Assembly: GCA_050250855.1 (NCBI GenBank)
Contig: JBFWNW010000001.1
Coordinates: 32,001 to 96,000 of the forward strand
Reading direction: 5' to 3'
DNA: 64,000 nt
From: Candidatus Babeliales bacterium
Lineage (GTDB): Bacteria > Babelota > Babeliae > Babelales > JACPOV01
Part shown: positions 1-10,023 of the stretch, one piece after another
Layout: each line of letters starts with the position of its first letter
How positions within the stretch are numbered: the first letter of the stretch is position 1
Made by a program: the position numbers and the translations under genes
Notes under the pieces: model-generated
What the model was told of the DNA's origin: nothing
Databases searched by the model: none
What the model saw: only the letters and a program-made list of their open reading frames with translations

Positions 1-35
1 CCGTTCGTGCTGAGCGTGTCGAAGCATTCGAACGG
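1..35 (+). repeat. REP-like palindrome (TGCT/AGCA stem type)
   Basis: ccgttcg-tgct-GA-g-cgtgt-c-GA-agca-tt-cgaacgg; 1 mismatch to 52168-52202. Confidence 0.9.
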
Positions 36-65
36 CAAATTAAGGTAATAAAAAAAGGGAGCTCT

Positions 66-725
66 ATGAAACTATTTTTAGATACGGCGGATTATAAACT
101 TCTTGAGGAATGGGCATCAAAAGGAATTATTGATGGCGTAACAACCAACCCAACGCATCTTGCAAAGGAGGGTGGTGATCCTAAAAAGGTGGTTCAAAAC
201 ATAGCAGAACTATTTCCTCAAGGATCTATTAGTGTTGAAGTGACAGAAGTTGAAGCGCAAAAAGTTTATGAACAAGCGCGCAAGATTGCTGATTTGGCAG
301 AAAATATTGTTGTTAAAGTGCCGTGCTATCCAGATTATTATCCAGTGATACAAAAATTAGTACGAGAAAATATTCCTCTTAATATTACGCTTGTTTTTAC
401 GCTGACTCAAAGTTTGTGTATGTGCAAATTGGGCGTGCGCTATATTTCTCCTTTCATTGGTCGCTTAGATGATATTGATACGTCTGGCATTGATCTTATT
501 TTGCAAATTCGCGCTATGATTGATGAATACGGTTATGATACTCAATTACTTGCCGCATCAATTAGAAGTGTAAATCATTTGCATGCAGTAATTCAGGCAG
601 GTGCAGATGTGGCAACGGTTCCGGTTGAGGTATTACATAAAGCTTTGCACCATCCACTTACCAAACAAGGTATGGATAAATTTTTAGCAGATTGGAAGAA
701 GCTCGGTATTACGCAGTTTCCTTAA
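66..725 (+). CDS. tal: Transaldolase (TalC/Fsa family)
   Basis: FLDTA, GVTTNP, VVKVP, NITLVF, YISPFIGRLDD, LAASIR motifs. Confidence 0.93.
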   Translation: MKLFLDTADYKLLEEWASKGIIDGVTTNPTHLAKEGGDPKKVVQNIAELFPQGSISVEVTEVEAQKVYEQARKIADLAENIVVKVPCYPDYYPVIQKLVRENIPLNITLVFTLTQSLCMCKLGVRYISPFIGRLDDIDTSGIDLILQIRAMIDEYGYDTQLLAASIRSVNHLHAVIQAGADVATVPVEVLHKALHHPLTKQGMDKFLADWKKLGITQFP

Positions 726-731
726 AAATGT

Positions 732-1868
732 ATGACCAAAAAAATTACGGTATTGCATGTTACGAACAATTACTATCCTTATCGCTCGGGAGTTGCACGT
801 TCTCTTGATAGTATACATAATGCGGTAAAAAATTTAGGTCATAGTTCATATTTGGTAACACTTGATTTTAAAAAAACAGAAGAAGATCAAGAAGGAGTGC
901 ATCGCCTTTTTTGCCCTTTTAAATTTTCTTATAAGCAAAAACCGATGGCAATTCCCTTGCGGCCATTTAAAGAACTTTCTGCGCTTATAAAAGCATTGAA
1001 GCCATCAATTATTCATGTGCATCATCCCTTTTTTTTAGGAAAAATTGCTCTTGATCTTGGCAAGCGGTATAAAATTCCGGTTGTTTTTACGTATCATACG
1101 CAGTATGAACAGTATGTTCATTACATTCCGTTACCAGAAAAGGTGACGCAGGTGGTGGTAAAAAAATTAGTTGAAGATTTTTGTAATGATGTTGATGCTC
1201 TTATAGCACCGTCAAAAACAATAGCTGATGAATTATCTACAAAGCATAATCATAAAACTATTCAAGTTATTCCAAGTGGTATAGATAGCTCTTTTTACCA
1301 GAACATACTAAAAACTAAGGTACAAAAAACAGTGCGGCTCCTTACGGTAAGTCGTTTTGCGCCAGAAAAAAATATAGAATTTTTGCTGCGCGTTGCACGC
1401 TTAATGCATAATGAACCTATAACATTTCATATTGTTGGGTATGGGCCGCATGAACAGAAATTGTTTTCCTATGCTTATACACAGTTGGGACTATCTACTC
1501 AAAAGGTGCGGTTCATTGTTAAGCCTTCCACGCAAGATTTAGTGCAAGAATATCAGCAAGCGGATCTTTTTTTGTTTGCCTCAACTACCGAAACGCAAGG
1601 GATTGTTCTTGCAGAGGCAATGGCAGCAGGATTGCCAGTTATAGCGCTTGATGCAGCAGGTTCAAGGGACATTATAAAGCATGGTAGTAATGGATTTTTA
1701 ATCAAGACAGAGCAAGAGATGGTAGATTCTATTAAAGCTTTTATAGATGATAATAATTTGTATGCAGCATGTTCACAAGAATCTTTGGCAACAGCGCAAC
1801 AGTATACGCCTGAAATAATAGGCAAGAATATGCTTAATTTTTATTATGAACTGCTCAAAAGTCGATAA
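732..1868 (+). CDS. GT4 family glycosyltransferase
   Basis: SGV, IHVHHPF, VFTYHT, SRFAPEKN, ETQGIVLAEAMAAGLPV. Confidence 0.9.
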   Translation: MTKKITVLHVTNNYYPYRSGVARSLDSIHNAVKNLGHSSYLVTLDFKKTEEDQEGVHRLFCPFKFSYKQKPMAIPLRPFKELSALIKALKPSIIHVHHPFFLGKIALDLGKRYKIPVVFTYHTQYEQYVHYIPLPEKVTQVVVKKLVEDFCNDVDALIAPSKTIADELSTKHNHKTIQVIPSGIDSSFYQNILKTKVQKTVRLLTVSRFAPEKNIEFLLRVARLMHNEPITFHIVGYGPHEQKLFSYAYTQLGLSTQKVRFIVKPSTQDLVQEYQQADLFLFASTTETQGIVLAEAMAAGLPVIALDAAGSRDIIKHGSNGFLIKTEQEMVDSIKAFIDDNNLYAACSQESLATAQQYTPEIIGKNMLNFYYELLKSR

Positions 1869-1988
1869 TTCTATATTTTTCAGGTTTAAATATGGTACGG
1901 TAAAAAAGTAGGTCATTGCATTCTTTTTATTGTTGCGTTAGTATGCAAGAAAAGAATGTTTTTTTATTCTAAAAAGAGGAGTGGTCGT

Positions 1989-2645
1989 ATGTATAAAAAA
2001 CTTTTTTCTTTAGCGTCTTGTGCATTTTTGGTTTCAGCAATCTCTGCACAACCAGATAAAGAGTTTGATGCTATAGATATTGCTATAAAATTGCAAAAAG
2101 ATTGTTCAGAATCTGGCGATACCGTTTCATGGCAAGCGTTAAAACAAGAAGTTGTTTTGATGGCTCGTTCTTGCCAACAATGCACCGATATGACTATTGA
2201 TCGCATGGCTCCTGACGTATGCGCTTGTTTAAAACGCATGATAGAAATCCTCAAGCAAGATCCATCTATTTCTGGTGGTGTTACGGTAACAGTGTATGAT
2301 TCTATGAGCAAAGGGTGCCAAGGTTTTATTCGTCGTCCAAAACAAATGGATCAAGATGTTGAATCATTAGAAATGATGGTTCATATTGAGCGAGATACCA
2401 TGAATGCTCCATCAACGCTTTTGAGTCGTGTATGGGATGATGTTGTCAGAGGCGCTATGATGGTTGCCAAAGAGTGCCAAGAATGCACTGATGGTACTAT
2501 GCATCAGACAGTAGATAAAATTTGTATGTGTATTAAAGATGCTCTTGATATCATTAAGCTTGATCCTGAAACAAAGGGTGGTTTGCGCATGGTAGTGCAT
2601 GATAGTAATCACAGAGGATATCAGGGCTATGTTGCTCGCATGTAA
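1989..2645 (+). CDS. Secreted Cys-rich hypothetical protein with two internal repeats
   Basis: AGAGGAG RBS before ATG 1989; signal peptide; repeated W..CxxCTD..CxC..DP..GG..DS..G.QG unit. Confidence 0.75.
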   Translation: MYKKLFSLASCAFLVSAISAQPDKEFDAIDIAIKLQKDCSESGDTVSWQALKQEVVLMARSCQQCTDMTIDRMAPDVCACLKRMIEILKQDPSISGGVTVTVYDSMSKGCQGFIRRPKQMDQDVESLEMMVHIERDTMNAPSTLLSRVWDDVVRGAMMVAKECQECTDGTMHQTVDKICMCIKDALDIIKLDPETKGGLRMVVHDSNHRGYQGYVARM

Positions 2646-2742
2646 GAAGCTCTCTTTTGTTTTGATTTGACCTGAAAGCATAATACCCTTATGATGAGTG
2701 CAGGAAAAAAAAGGTATTCTTTATAACCAAAAAAGGGTTTTT

Positions 2743-3126
2743 ATGTACAAAAAATTTGCATTAGCATCGTTAGCTGTTGTATCAACATTGTGTGCTTCAG
2801 AAACAACTATGAATGATATTTCTGTTGATCAGTTAGCACAAGAGGTAAGAACAGTTACTCTTGCTTCTTGTATTGTTAATACGGGAGAAAGCAATAGTCA
2901 AGCATGGCATGCTATCATACAAGAAATTCATGATGTGCTGACAAAAATAAGTGCCTATTCCCCTGAAGACATAGAGGCAGCTATTGATGATCTTATTGCT
3001 TGCGCAAGAAGAATCATTGTTCTAAAAAGAGAGTGCCCAGAGATTCAAGCGCTTCTTAATGTTTTCTTTTCACCTGAAATGATGACGCTGCAACAAGAAG
3101 GTCAACCAGAAGCTCAGGAAGCATAA
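2743..3126 (+). CDS. Secreted hypothetical protein, likely single-domain paralog of the upstream gene
   Basis: MYKKF signal peptide; W...IxC...P.I pattern shared with the upstream repeats. Confidence 0.7.
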   Translation: MYKKFALASLAVVSTLCASETTMNDISVDQLAQEVRTVTLASCIVNTGESNSQAWHAIIQEIHDVLTKISAYSPEDIEAAIDDLIACARRIIVLKRECPEIQALLNVFFSPEMMTLQQEGQPEAQEA

Positions 3127-3150
3127 TTTTTTTAGGTTGAACTATTTATT

Positions 3151-3200
3151 AACCTTCGTTTAAAGTCAGTTTCCCTGGCTGCAAACGAAGGTTTTTTCTT
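3151..3200 (+). terminator. Probable intrinsic terminator
   Basis: aaccttcgttt...aaacgaaggtt stem followed by T tract. Confidence 0.65.
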
Positions 3201-3249
3201 TATAGGGGTTATTTTCAAAGTGCAATAAATGTGCTATGCTAGAAGCACT

Positions 3250-5205
3250 ATGAAAACATTTACCTTAAAAGCACCTTACGGGCCATCAGGAAGCCAGCCA
3301 GAAGCCATAAAAAAGCTTCTTAAAAGCCGTCCTGGTAAATCTACGCTGTTAGGAGTAACGGGGTCAGGGAAAACTTATACCATGGCCAACGTTATAGCCA
3401 ACCAGAATAAACCTGTTTTAGTGCTTGCACCTAACAAGACATTAGCGGCACAGCTTTATGAAGAGCTTTCCCTGTTTTTTCCAGAAAACAAGGTTTGCTA
3501 TTTTGTAAGCTATTATGACTATTACCAACCGGAATCATATTTGCCGGCTCAGGATGTTTATATTCCTAAAGAAACTAAGGTAAATAGTGAAATTGAGCGT
3601 TTGCGTATTGAAGCAACCGCTTCCTTAATTAATAGAAATGATACTATTGTTGTAGCATCCGTTTCTAGTATTTACTCTTTGGGTAACCCTGAAGATTACC
3701 GAACGTTAAGTTTATCTTTAAAAGTTGGTCAACATATTAAACGTTCAGATCTGATTCGTCAGCTTCTTTTTATTCAGTATGAACGTAATGACATTACTAA
3801 AAAATCAGGTACGTTCCAGGTTCTTGGTAATACCTTAGAAGTTATGCTTCCTTACCAAAAAGATAAGCTTCGTATTGAACTTTTTGGTGACATGATCGAT
3901 GGCATGAGTTGGGTTGATAAAATGAACAATTCAGTGACCATGAAACTTGATAATACTCTTATTCTTCCTGCAAAGCATTTTGTTACAACACAAGCAAAAA
4001 AAGATGCAGCTATTGCAAGTATTCAAGCTGAGCTTGAAGAATGGGTGCCGCAGGTAGAAAATCCTTTATACCGGGAGCGCATCAAACAGCGCGTTTCGCA
4101 TGATCTTGAAATGCTTGCGCAAATGGGCTACTGTTCTGGGATTGAAAACTATTCTATTCATTTTGATGGTAGAGAAACGGGCCAAGCGCCAAAATGTTTA
4201 TTCGATTTTTTTCCTGAAGATTTTTTAATGATTATTGATGAATCTCATATTGCCATTCCACAGTTACGCGGCATGTTCCATGGTGATCGCGTACGTAAAA
4301 ATTCACTTATTGAATACGGTTTTCGTTTGCCTTCAGCACGTGATAATAGACCGTTAAAATTTGATAAAATTGAACGTTATTTTAACGATGTTATTTTTGT
4401 TTCTGCAACTCCAGGAGAGTATGAATTAAAAAATGCAGATAACGTTGTAGAACAGATTATTCGTCCAACGGGATTGTTAGATCCTGAAGTTGAAATTCAT
4501 CCTCGCCAAGAGCAGATGAAACATTTAATTGAACAAATACGCGAAACCAAAAGGCGTGGTTTCCGTTCATTAGTTATGGTAATGACCAAAAAGCTTGCAG
4601 AGCAACTAGCAACCTATTTAGAAGAACAGCAAATCAAAGTTTGTTATTTACATAGTGAACTGAAAACACCAAAACGAACTGAGCTTTTGCAAAAATTACG
4701 TTTGGGAGTTTTTGATTGTTTAGTTGGGGTGAACTTATTGCGTGAAGGTATTGACCTTCCTGAAGTTGCTTTGGTTTCTATAATGGATGCAGATGTAGAA
4801 AGCTTTTTACGTGATGAACGTTCACTAATCCAGATTATGGGCCGTGCTGCGCGTAATACGGAATCAAAAGTTTTTTTATATGCAGATAAAATAACAAAAT
4901 CAATGAAAGCTGCTATGCATGAAACGCAACGTCGTCGTGCTTTACAGCAAGCATATAATGAAGAACATGGCATAACGCCGCAAACCGTTAAGCGTGAGGT
5001 TGGTAAAACAATAGCCAATATTCAAGCTGCTATTGCTATGGCTTCTGCGTCAAAACGAAAAAATACTCAAAAAATTATTCATAAAGAACTGCAACGAGAA
5101 ATTCTTGAGCTTGAAGCGCATATGCATGAAGCTGCTGAAAATCTTGATTTTGAAAAAGCAATTGCCTTGCGCGAGCAGTGGTATGAGCTCAAAAAGCAAC
5201 TTTAA
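3250..5205 (+). CDS. uvrB: Excinuclease ABC subunit B
   Basis: GVTGSGKT, FVSYYDYYQPE, IDESH, GVNLLREGID, C-terminal UVR domain. Confidence 0.97.
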   Translation: MKTFTLKAPYGPSGSQPEAIKKLLKSRPGKSTLLGVTGSGKTYTMANVIANQNKPVLVLAPNKTLAAQLYEELSLFFPENKVCYFVSYYDYYQPESYLPAQDVYIPKETKVNSEIERLRIEATASLINRNDTIVVASVSSIYSLGNPEDYRTLSLSLKVGQHIKRSDLIRQLLFIQYERNDITKKSGTFQVLGNTLEVMLPYQKDKLRIELFGDMIDGMSWVDKMNNSVTMKLDNTLILPAKHFVTTQAKKDAAIASIQAELEEWVPQVENPLYRERIKQRVSHDLEMLAQMGYCSGIENYSIHFDGRETGQAPKCLFDFFPEDFLMIIDESHIAIPQLRGMFHGDRVRKNSLIEYGFRLPSARDNRPLKFDKIERYFNDVIFVSATPGEYELKNADNVVEQIIRPTGLLDPEVEIHPRQEQMKHLIEQIRETKRRGFRSLVMVMTKKLAEQLATYLEEQQIKVCYLHSELKTPKRTELLQKLRLGVFDCLVGVNLLREGIDLPEVALVSIMDADVESFLRDERSLIQIMGRAARNTESKVFLYADKITKSMKAAMHETQRRRALQQAYNEEHGITPQTVKREVGKTIANIQAAIAMASASKRKNTQKIIHKELQREILELEAHMHEAAENLDFEKAIALREQWYELKKQL

Positions 5206-5210
5206 TTAAT

Positions 5211-5481
5211 TAACGTGAATTTGATCTAAGGACTTTTAATAAAAAGACGAATCAATTTATTTTTTTAAGAATTATTTTAAATCCCGTTCGTGGTGAGGAG
5301 CCTAGCGTTTACTTCTGCGTGCCCAACGCAGCATTTGTGCGAAGTCTTGGAGTTCGACCGAAGGGTCAGCACGAACGGCTTTAATATAACTATTTTTTTA
5401 TTCCGTTCGCCCTGAGCTCGTCGAAGGGTGCGAACGCAAAATATGATTTTTTCGAATTTTCGAATTATAGATAAACTTTAA
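5211..5481. mobile_element. Composite MITE-like REP cluster between convergent genes
   Basis: 5211-5301 matches the reverse complement of 61585-61671; REPs at 5284 (partial), 5353-5378(-) and 5403-5436(+); right end matches the ends at 27540 and 52000. Confidence 0.8.
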
Positions 5482-5828
5482 TTTTTTGTTAAGAAATTTT
5501 TATCAATATAGATTGGTGTTTCTTTTTCTTTTACTCTGCATATGCAAATAGGTGTATCAGTTACTTTTTCAGGTAGGATGGTGCGAGGATTTTTGCATGT
5601 TTCGAATTTTTCTACAAATTCTTTTAGTTCAGACTCAGAGCAACCCTCAATTCTTTTACCAATAATATCGCCTATTTCCTTGATACCAGTTATAGCATAG
5701 TCGGAAGGAATGAATTCTATTACTAGGCTTACGACATTATTTTTATACGGGCCATCGGTAACATTATAAGTATCCTGAGCTGCGATGTTAAAAATAAATA
5801 TGAATGCAGATCCCATTTTTTTTATCAT
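5478..5828 (-). CDS. Secreted hypothetical protein (split KOW-like), paralog 1
   Basis: AAGGA RBS before ATG 5828; the longer ORF start lies inside a repeat; homologous to 5976-6434. Confidence 0.75.
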   Translation of the reverse strand: MIKKMGSAFIFIFNIAAQDTYNVTDGPYKNNVVSLVIEFIPSDYAITGIKEIGDIIGKRIEGCSESELKEFVEKFETCKNPRTILPEKVTDTPICICRVKEKETPIYIDKNFLTKN

Positions 5829-5862
5829 TGAAATCCTTAGACTAATTTGAAAATTTACATTC

Positions 5863-5964
5863 CCGTTCGTGCTGACCCCCTCGTCAGCTTGCAGCTGCTC
5901 GGGACTAAAGGCCATTTAGCTTGCCTGCCCTGAGCCTGTCGAATGGGTCGAAGCATTCGAACGG
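5863..5964 (+). repeat. REP-like palindrome carrying two nested insertions
   Basis: Removing 5876-5918 and 5924-5947 restores ccgttcgtgctgagcttgtcgaagcattcgaacgg. Confidence 0.85.
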
Positions 5965-5975
5965 TAATTAAAAAT

Positions 5976-6434
5976 TTAATTAACTTTTTCTAAATTCTCA
6001 TTACCAATAACTATTATTTCATTGCTATCTTTATCTTTGCATACGCAAACAGGAATATCTTTAATATGTTGGGGTAATACGTTTACTACCGCACTATATA
6101 ACATTTTTCTTTTTTCATCTTGTTCTTCTTTTTTATCGACAAATTGTTTTTTCTCTAGTTCTTGCTCTATTGTTTCTTGAGATTTTATCTTGAGGAAAAA
6201 TTCTTTTTTTTCTTCTGGTGTTAGCTTAGCAACACGTTCAAGTATAATGTTTCTGACATGATCTTGATTCGTTTCAGTTTCAGGTAGCTTTGGTCGATTT
6301 GCATCAAAAGGTTTGAATGTTTGTTGTACGGTTACCGTACAATCTTTATAAGGACCCGCAGTAATTTTATAGGTTTCTTGGCAGCACTGTATTGATTGGC
6401 TTGCTATCAAAGCGAAAACTATTATTTTTTTCAT
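5976..6434 (-). CDS. Secreted hypothetical protein (split KOW-like), paralog 2
   Basis: Signal peptide; YKITAGPYKD...PVCVC...IVIGNENLEK. Confidence 0.8.
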   Translation of the reverse strand: MKKIIVFALIASQSIQCCQETYKITAGPYKDCTVTVQQTFKPFDANRPKLPETETNQDHVRNIILERVAKLTPEEKKEFFLKIKSQETIEQELEKKQFVDKKEEQDEKRKMLYSAVVNVLPQHIKDIPVCVCKDKDSNEIIVIGNENLEKVN

Positions 6435-6518
6435 TTCACATCCCCTTTATTTTTGGTACCTTAATCTTATATATTTTTTTTTGAGGGAATCAAGAGTTTT
6501 ACAACAAAAAGGGAAACT

Positions 6519-8606
6519 ATGAATGTAAAAAGAAATTCTATTTTTGTACTATACCTTATTGGTCTTACGTTAATAAGTGGCGGGTGCTATGGATTTTTGC
6601 GGCGAGGATTTTCAATGAACTATACGGATATTAAAAATGTTGCTGATGTAAAAGCACTCTTTCCTACAACGGTTGGTCAAATAGAAGAGTTGGTAAACAA
6701 AACAAAGCAAAATGCGCAAAAGCGTGTTGCAGAAATTATTGCCGTGCCAGATGCAGAGCGTTCGTTTGCCAATACAGCATTTGCATTAGATGAAGCTTCT
6801 GGTTTTTATTTGTCAGTACCGATCTGTATTCTTGTGGTATTGAGTAATGTAAGTCCAGATGATGCGGTACGCGATGCTGCTAATAAATATTTGGTAGAAT
6901 TATCACAATTTGCGATTGATCTTTTTGGTCAAAATGTTGAGCTTTATAATGCATTTAAAGCATATACGCAAGGCAATGCTCGTAAAGAAACATTAAATGA
7001 TGAAGAGAAGTACTTTATTAAAGAAACCATGGAAGAGTTTAAGCGTGAAGGCTTAGATTTTTCTGAAGAAAAGCGTAACAAAATAAAAGAGCTTAAAAAG
7101 CAGTTAGCAGAATTAAGCAATGATTTTGAAAAAAATATTAATGAAGATAAAACAACCGTTATTGTTACACCAGCTGAACTAAAGGGCATGGACGAAGATT
7201 TTATTAAAGGACTTAAAAAGACTGATGATGGTAATTACATTTTAACCATTGATTATTCCGTTTATTATCCTATTATAGAATACAACGAACTTTCACCAGT
7301 CAGAAAAAAAATGTATCAAGCATTTTTGAATCGCGCTTATCCTGTTAATATCGAAGTGCTTAAGAAAGTAATCAGCTTACGTGATCAACTTGCCAAAGAG
7401 CTAGGCTACAAGAGTTTTGCAGATTTGAATATTGATGGTGAAATGGCAAAAAATTCTGAGCATGCACGTCAGTTTATTAATAACCTTATTGACCGTGCAA
7501 AGCAAAAATCTGAGCAAGAATTTGAAGAACTCAAAACAGATTTACCAGAATCGGTTGAGCTTGAACAGGGCAAAATCAAACCATGGGATGGTGCTTTTGC
7601 TAAAGAAACCTTTAGAAAAAAACATTACCAAGTTGATGATAGAGAAGTTAAAAAATATTTCCCTATGCAAAAAACAATTGATGGACTTTTATCTATTTAC
7701 GAAAAATTCTTTAACATACAGTTAAAAAAATCAGAGCTTAACGATCTTTGGGCGCCTGATTTGACGATGATTGAAGCCTATAAGGGTGATACCTTACTAG
7801 GTTATTTAATTCTTGATTTGTATCCACGTCCTAATAAATATAGTCACGCTTGTGCCATTACTGTGGTTCCTACGCTAAAAACAAAAGAGGGCAGAACGCC
7901 AGCAGTTGCCGTAGTACTTGCAAACTTCCCTAAACCTGTAGGCGATAAACCTTCATTGCTTGAACTGACTCAAGTTCGTACCTTTTTCCATGAATTTGGG
8001 CATGCCATTCATGGTATTTTAGGAGCAACAGAACTTTCTACCTTCTCAGGCTTGAATACTAAGAGAGATTTTGTTGAAATGCCGTCTCAAATGCTTGAAG
8101 AATGGCTTTGGGATGCTGAAATATTAAAATTATTAAGCAGCCATTATCAAACAGGCCAACCGTTGCCAGATGATATGATTAAAAAGATTCTAGCAACCAA
8201 GAACTTTTCTTCTGGCGCATGGGTTACCCAGCAAGCTCTCTATGCATTACTTGCTCTTGATTATTTTGCACCAGGTATGGCAAAAGATGTCATGCAAATA
8301 CTATTTGCCTTAGAAGAAAAATTAAAGCCTCATATGGTTGTTTACAAAGAGACCCATATGCCAGCAGGATTTGGCCATTTAATGGACTATGGGGCCAAAT
8401 ATTATGGCTATTTATGGTCAAAAGTATTTGCGCTTGATTTATTTAACCATATCAAGAAGTATGGGTTGCTGAATCCTGAGATAGGTGAACAGTATGCTCA
8501 AAAAGTTATAGGTAAAGGTGGATCAAAAGATCCTAACGAGCTCCTAAAAGATTTCTTGGGCAGAGAGCCGAATGCAGATGCATTCTTTGCTGATTTAGGA
8601 TTGTAA
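6519..8606 (+). CDS. M3 family zinc oligopeptidase (thimet oligopeptidase-like)
   Basis: FFHEFGHAIH, DFVEMPSQMLEEW, YGAKYYGYLWS, FLGREPN. Confidence 0.93.
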   Translation: MNVKRNSIFVLYLIGLTLISGGCYGFLRRGFSMNYTDIKNVADVKALFPTTVGQIEELVNKTKQNAQKRVAEIIAVPDAERSFANTAFALDEASGFYLSVPICILVVLSNVSPDDAVRDAANKYLVELSQFAIDLFGQNVELYNAFKAYTQGNARKETLNDEEKYFIKETMEEFKREGLDFSEEKRNKIKELKKQLAELSNDFEKNINEDKTTVIVTPAELKGMDEDFIKGLKKTDDGNYILTIDYSVYYPIIEYNELSPVRKKMYQAFLNRAYPVNIEVLKKVISLRDQLAKELGYKSFADLNIDGEMAKNSEHARQFINNLIDRAKQKSEQEFEELKTDLPESVELEQGKIKPWDGAFAKETFRKKHYQVDDREVKKYFPMQKTIDGLLSIYEKFFNIQLKKSELNDLWAPDLTMIEAYKGDTLLGYLILDLYPRPNKYSHACAITVVPTLKTKEGRTPAVAVVLANFPKPVGDKPSLLELTQVRTFFHEFGHAIHGILGATELSTFSGLNTKRDFVEMPSQMLEEWLWDAEILKLLSSHYQTGQPLPDDMIKKILATKNFSSGAWVTQQALYALLALDYFAPGMAKDVMQILFALEEKLKPHMVVYKETHMPAGFGHLMDYGAKYYGYLWSKVFALDLFNHIKKYGLLNPEIGEQYAQKVIGKGGSKDPNELLKDFLGREPNADAFFADLGL

Positions 8607-8649
8607 AGAAAAAAGAAAGGAGCGCCTGTGTCAGGGGCAAGCGCTCCTT
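8607..8649 (-). terminator. Terminator hairpin between convergent genes
   Basis: aaggagcgc/gcgctcctt stem; T tract on the minus strand. Confidence 0.65.
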
Positions 8650-8668
8650 GGAGTGAGAGTGACCGAAC

Positions 8669-9334
8669 TTATTGTTCCTCAGTTTGCATCATACTTTGCA
8701 TTTTAGCTTTTAATGTTTCTAAGTGTGCTGGTGTTACGTTGATATTTTTGAAGAATACATAGCACCACTCACCAGAACCAGGCATACCTTTGCGGAAGTT
8801 AGGGTTTTTGAACTCTACTAAAGGTTCGCCAATTTGTTTCATATCAATGCCAGAAGCGCATACTATGCCAATATCAGCATGTTTTTCAGCAAAATCATTG
8901 AATGCTTTGTACATATTGTGCATATAAACCGGCTGGTTGTTTGCGCCAATATATGTTTCTTTACCAACTTTTTCATAAAGGAATTCAGTTCCTTTTGGAC
9001 CTTTGAAGCTTGCAATCATAGTCATACCAGTCATAGGTGCTGCGCTGTGAACTATGTTATGATTACGTGTTTTAAGGGCCGCTACTGTTGCATTAAGATC
9101 GTTCATTACAGGGATATGTTTTTGTGTATGGAACATAGAACGCTTTTGATCAAATGGAATTACAAGGTTTTGTGCTTCCATTTCTGCTTCTGAAAATTGT
9201 TCTTCAACTTCACCAGCTTTAGTAGCGATTTGGCTTACTTTTGGCTGTTGTTTAGTAAATTTTGTTATTGTTGCGCCTTGCGCATTAATAACAGTTATCA
9301 GTACTAACAGACTGATAAGATTCGACTTATTCAT
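8669..9334 (-). CDS. Secreted hypothetical protein
   Basis: AAGGAG RBS, signal peptide. Confidence 0.75.
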   Translation of the reverse strand: MNKSNLISLLVLITVINAQGATITKFTKQQPKVSQIATKAGEVEEQFSEAEMEAQNLVIPFDQKRSMFHTQKHIPVMNDLNATVAALKTRNHNIVHSAAPMTGMTMIASFKGPKGTEFLYEKVGKETYIGANNQPVYMHNMYKAFNDFAEKHADIGIVCASGIDMKQIGEPLVEFKNPNFRKGMPGSGEWCYVFFKNINVTPAHLETLKAKMQSMMQTEEQ

Positions 9335-9370
9335 AAAGGAACTCCTTTTTTAGTAAGGTTAACAATACTC

Positions 9371-9856
9371 TTATTTATTCACTTTCGTATACCCTTGGCC
9401 TTCTTTTAACTCGAAGCACCAATATTTTTCATTATTTTTCGTCATTTCTTTTGCACTGGCAAAACTTTTAAATCCGTATACATTATACGGGTTGCTAGGT
9501 TCAAATCCTGGTAATAATTCTTTCTTTATGCATACATTAAATACAGTATCTTGGTGATCATGGCCAACTTGTGCTGCAATTGAATAATCAGGATTTTGGG
9601 CAAAACCAACGGCCTTCATAAGATCTACCGTGGTTTCTACCACAATACGATTACCAATTTTAGGAAAATTAATTCTTCCTACACGGGCAGCATTCACAAA
9701 GTAAGGAATTCTGCCACCTTCAGTACGCTCAAGACCTTTTTGTTGAGCAGGATTTATAAATACTGCATTATAGGTAACGGTAGCCACAGCATTAAGCTCA
9801 AGTGCAAAATTTGTTAGCAGTAACGTTATGCATATTAAAGATAATAAACGCTTCAT
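9371..9856 (-). CDS. Secreted hypothetical protein
   Basis: GGGGAG RBS, signal peptide. Confidence 0.75.
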   Translation of the reverse strand: MKRLLSLICITLLLTNFALELNAVATVTYNAVFINPAQQKGLERTEGGRIPYFVNAARVGRINFPKIGNRIVVETTVDLMKAVGFAQNPDYSIAAQVGHDHQDTVFNVCIKKELLPGFEPSNPYNVYGFKSFASAKEMTKNNEKYWCFELKEGQGYTKVNK

Positions 9857-10023
9857 ACTCTCCCCTTTTTTAAACCTTTTTTTCTTTAGGGCCTTATAAT
9901 ATCTTTCTAATATAAATATTACAAATAGAATTAAACATTATGCAAGGGTTTTGTGAAATTTTCTCTAGATGTTTTTGTGTGCATGCTATAGAATAGCAAA
10001 AAAGCTTTAAAGTAAGGGTTGTT

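Noticed and set aside
2721..2745. Leader motif TTTATAACCAAAAA(A)GG(G)TTTTT shared with lysS (about 59599)
   Set aside because: Low complexity and overlaps the RBS; two or three examples cannot be separated from AT-rich background.
5829..5915. N-terminal extension of ORF 5478..5915
   Set aside because: Translates repeat DNA; the RBS and the paralog support ATG 5828.
8669..9856. Paralogy of the two adjacent orphans
   Set aside because: Only scattered C-terminal matches; not supportable by eye.
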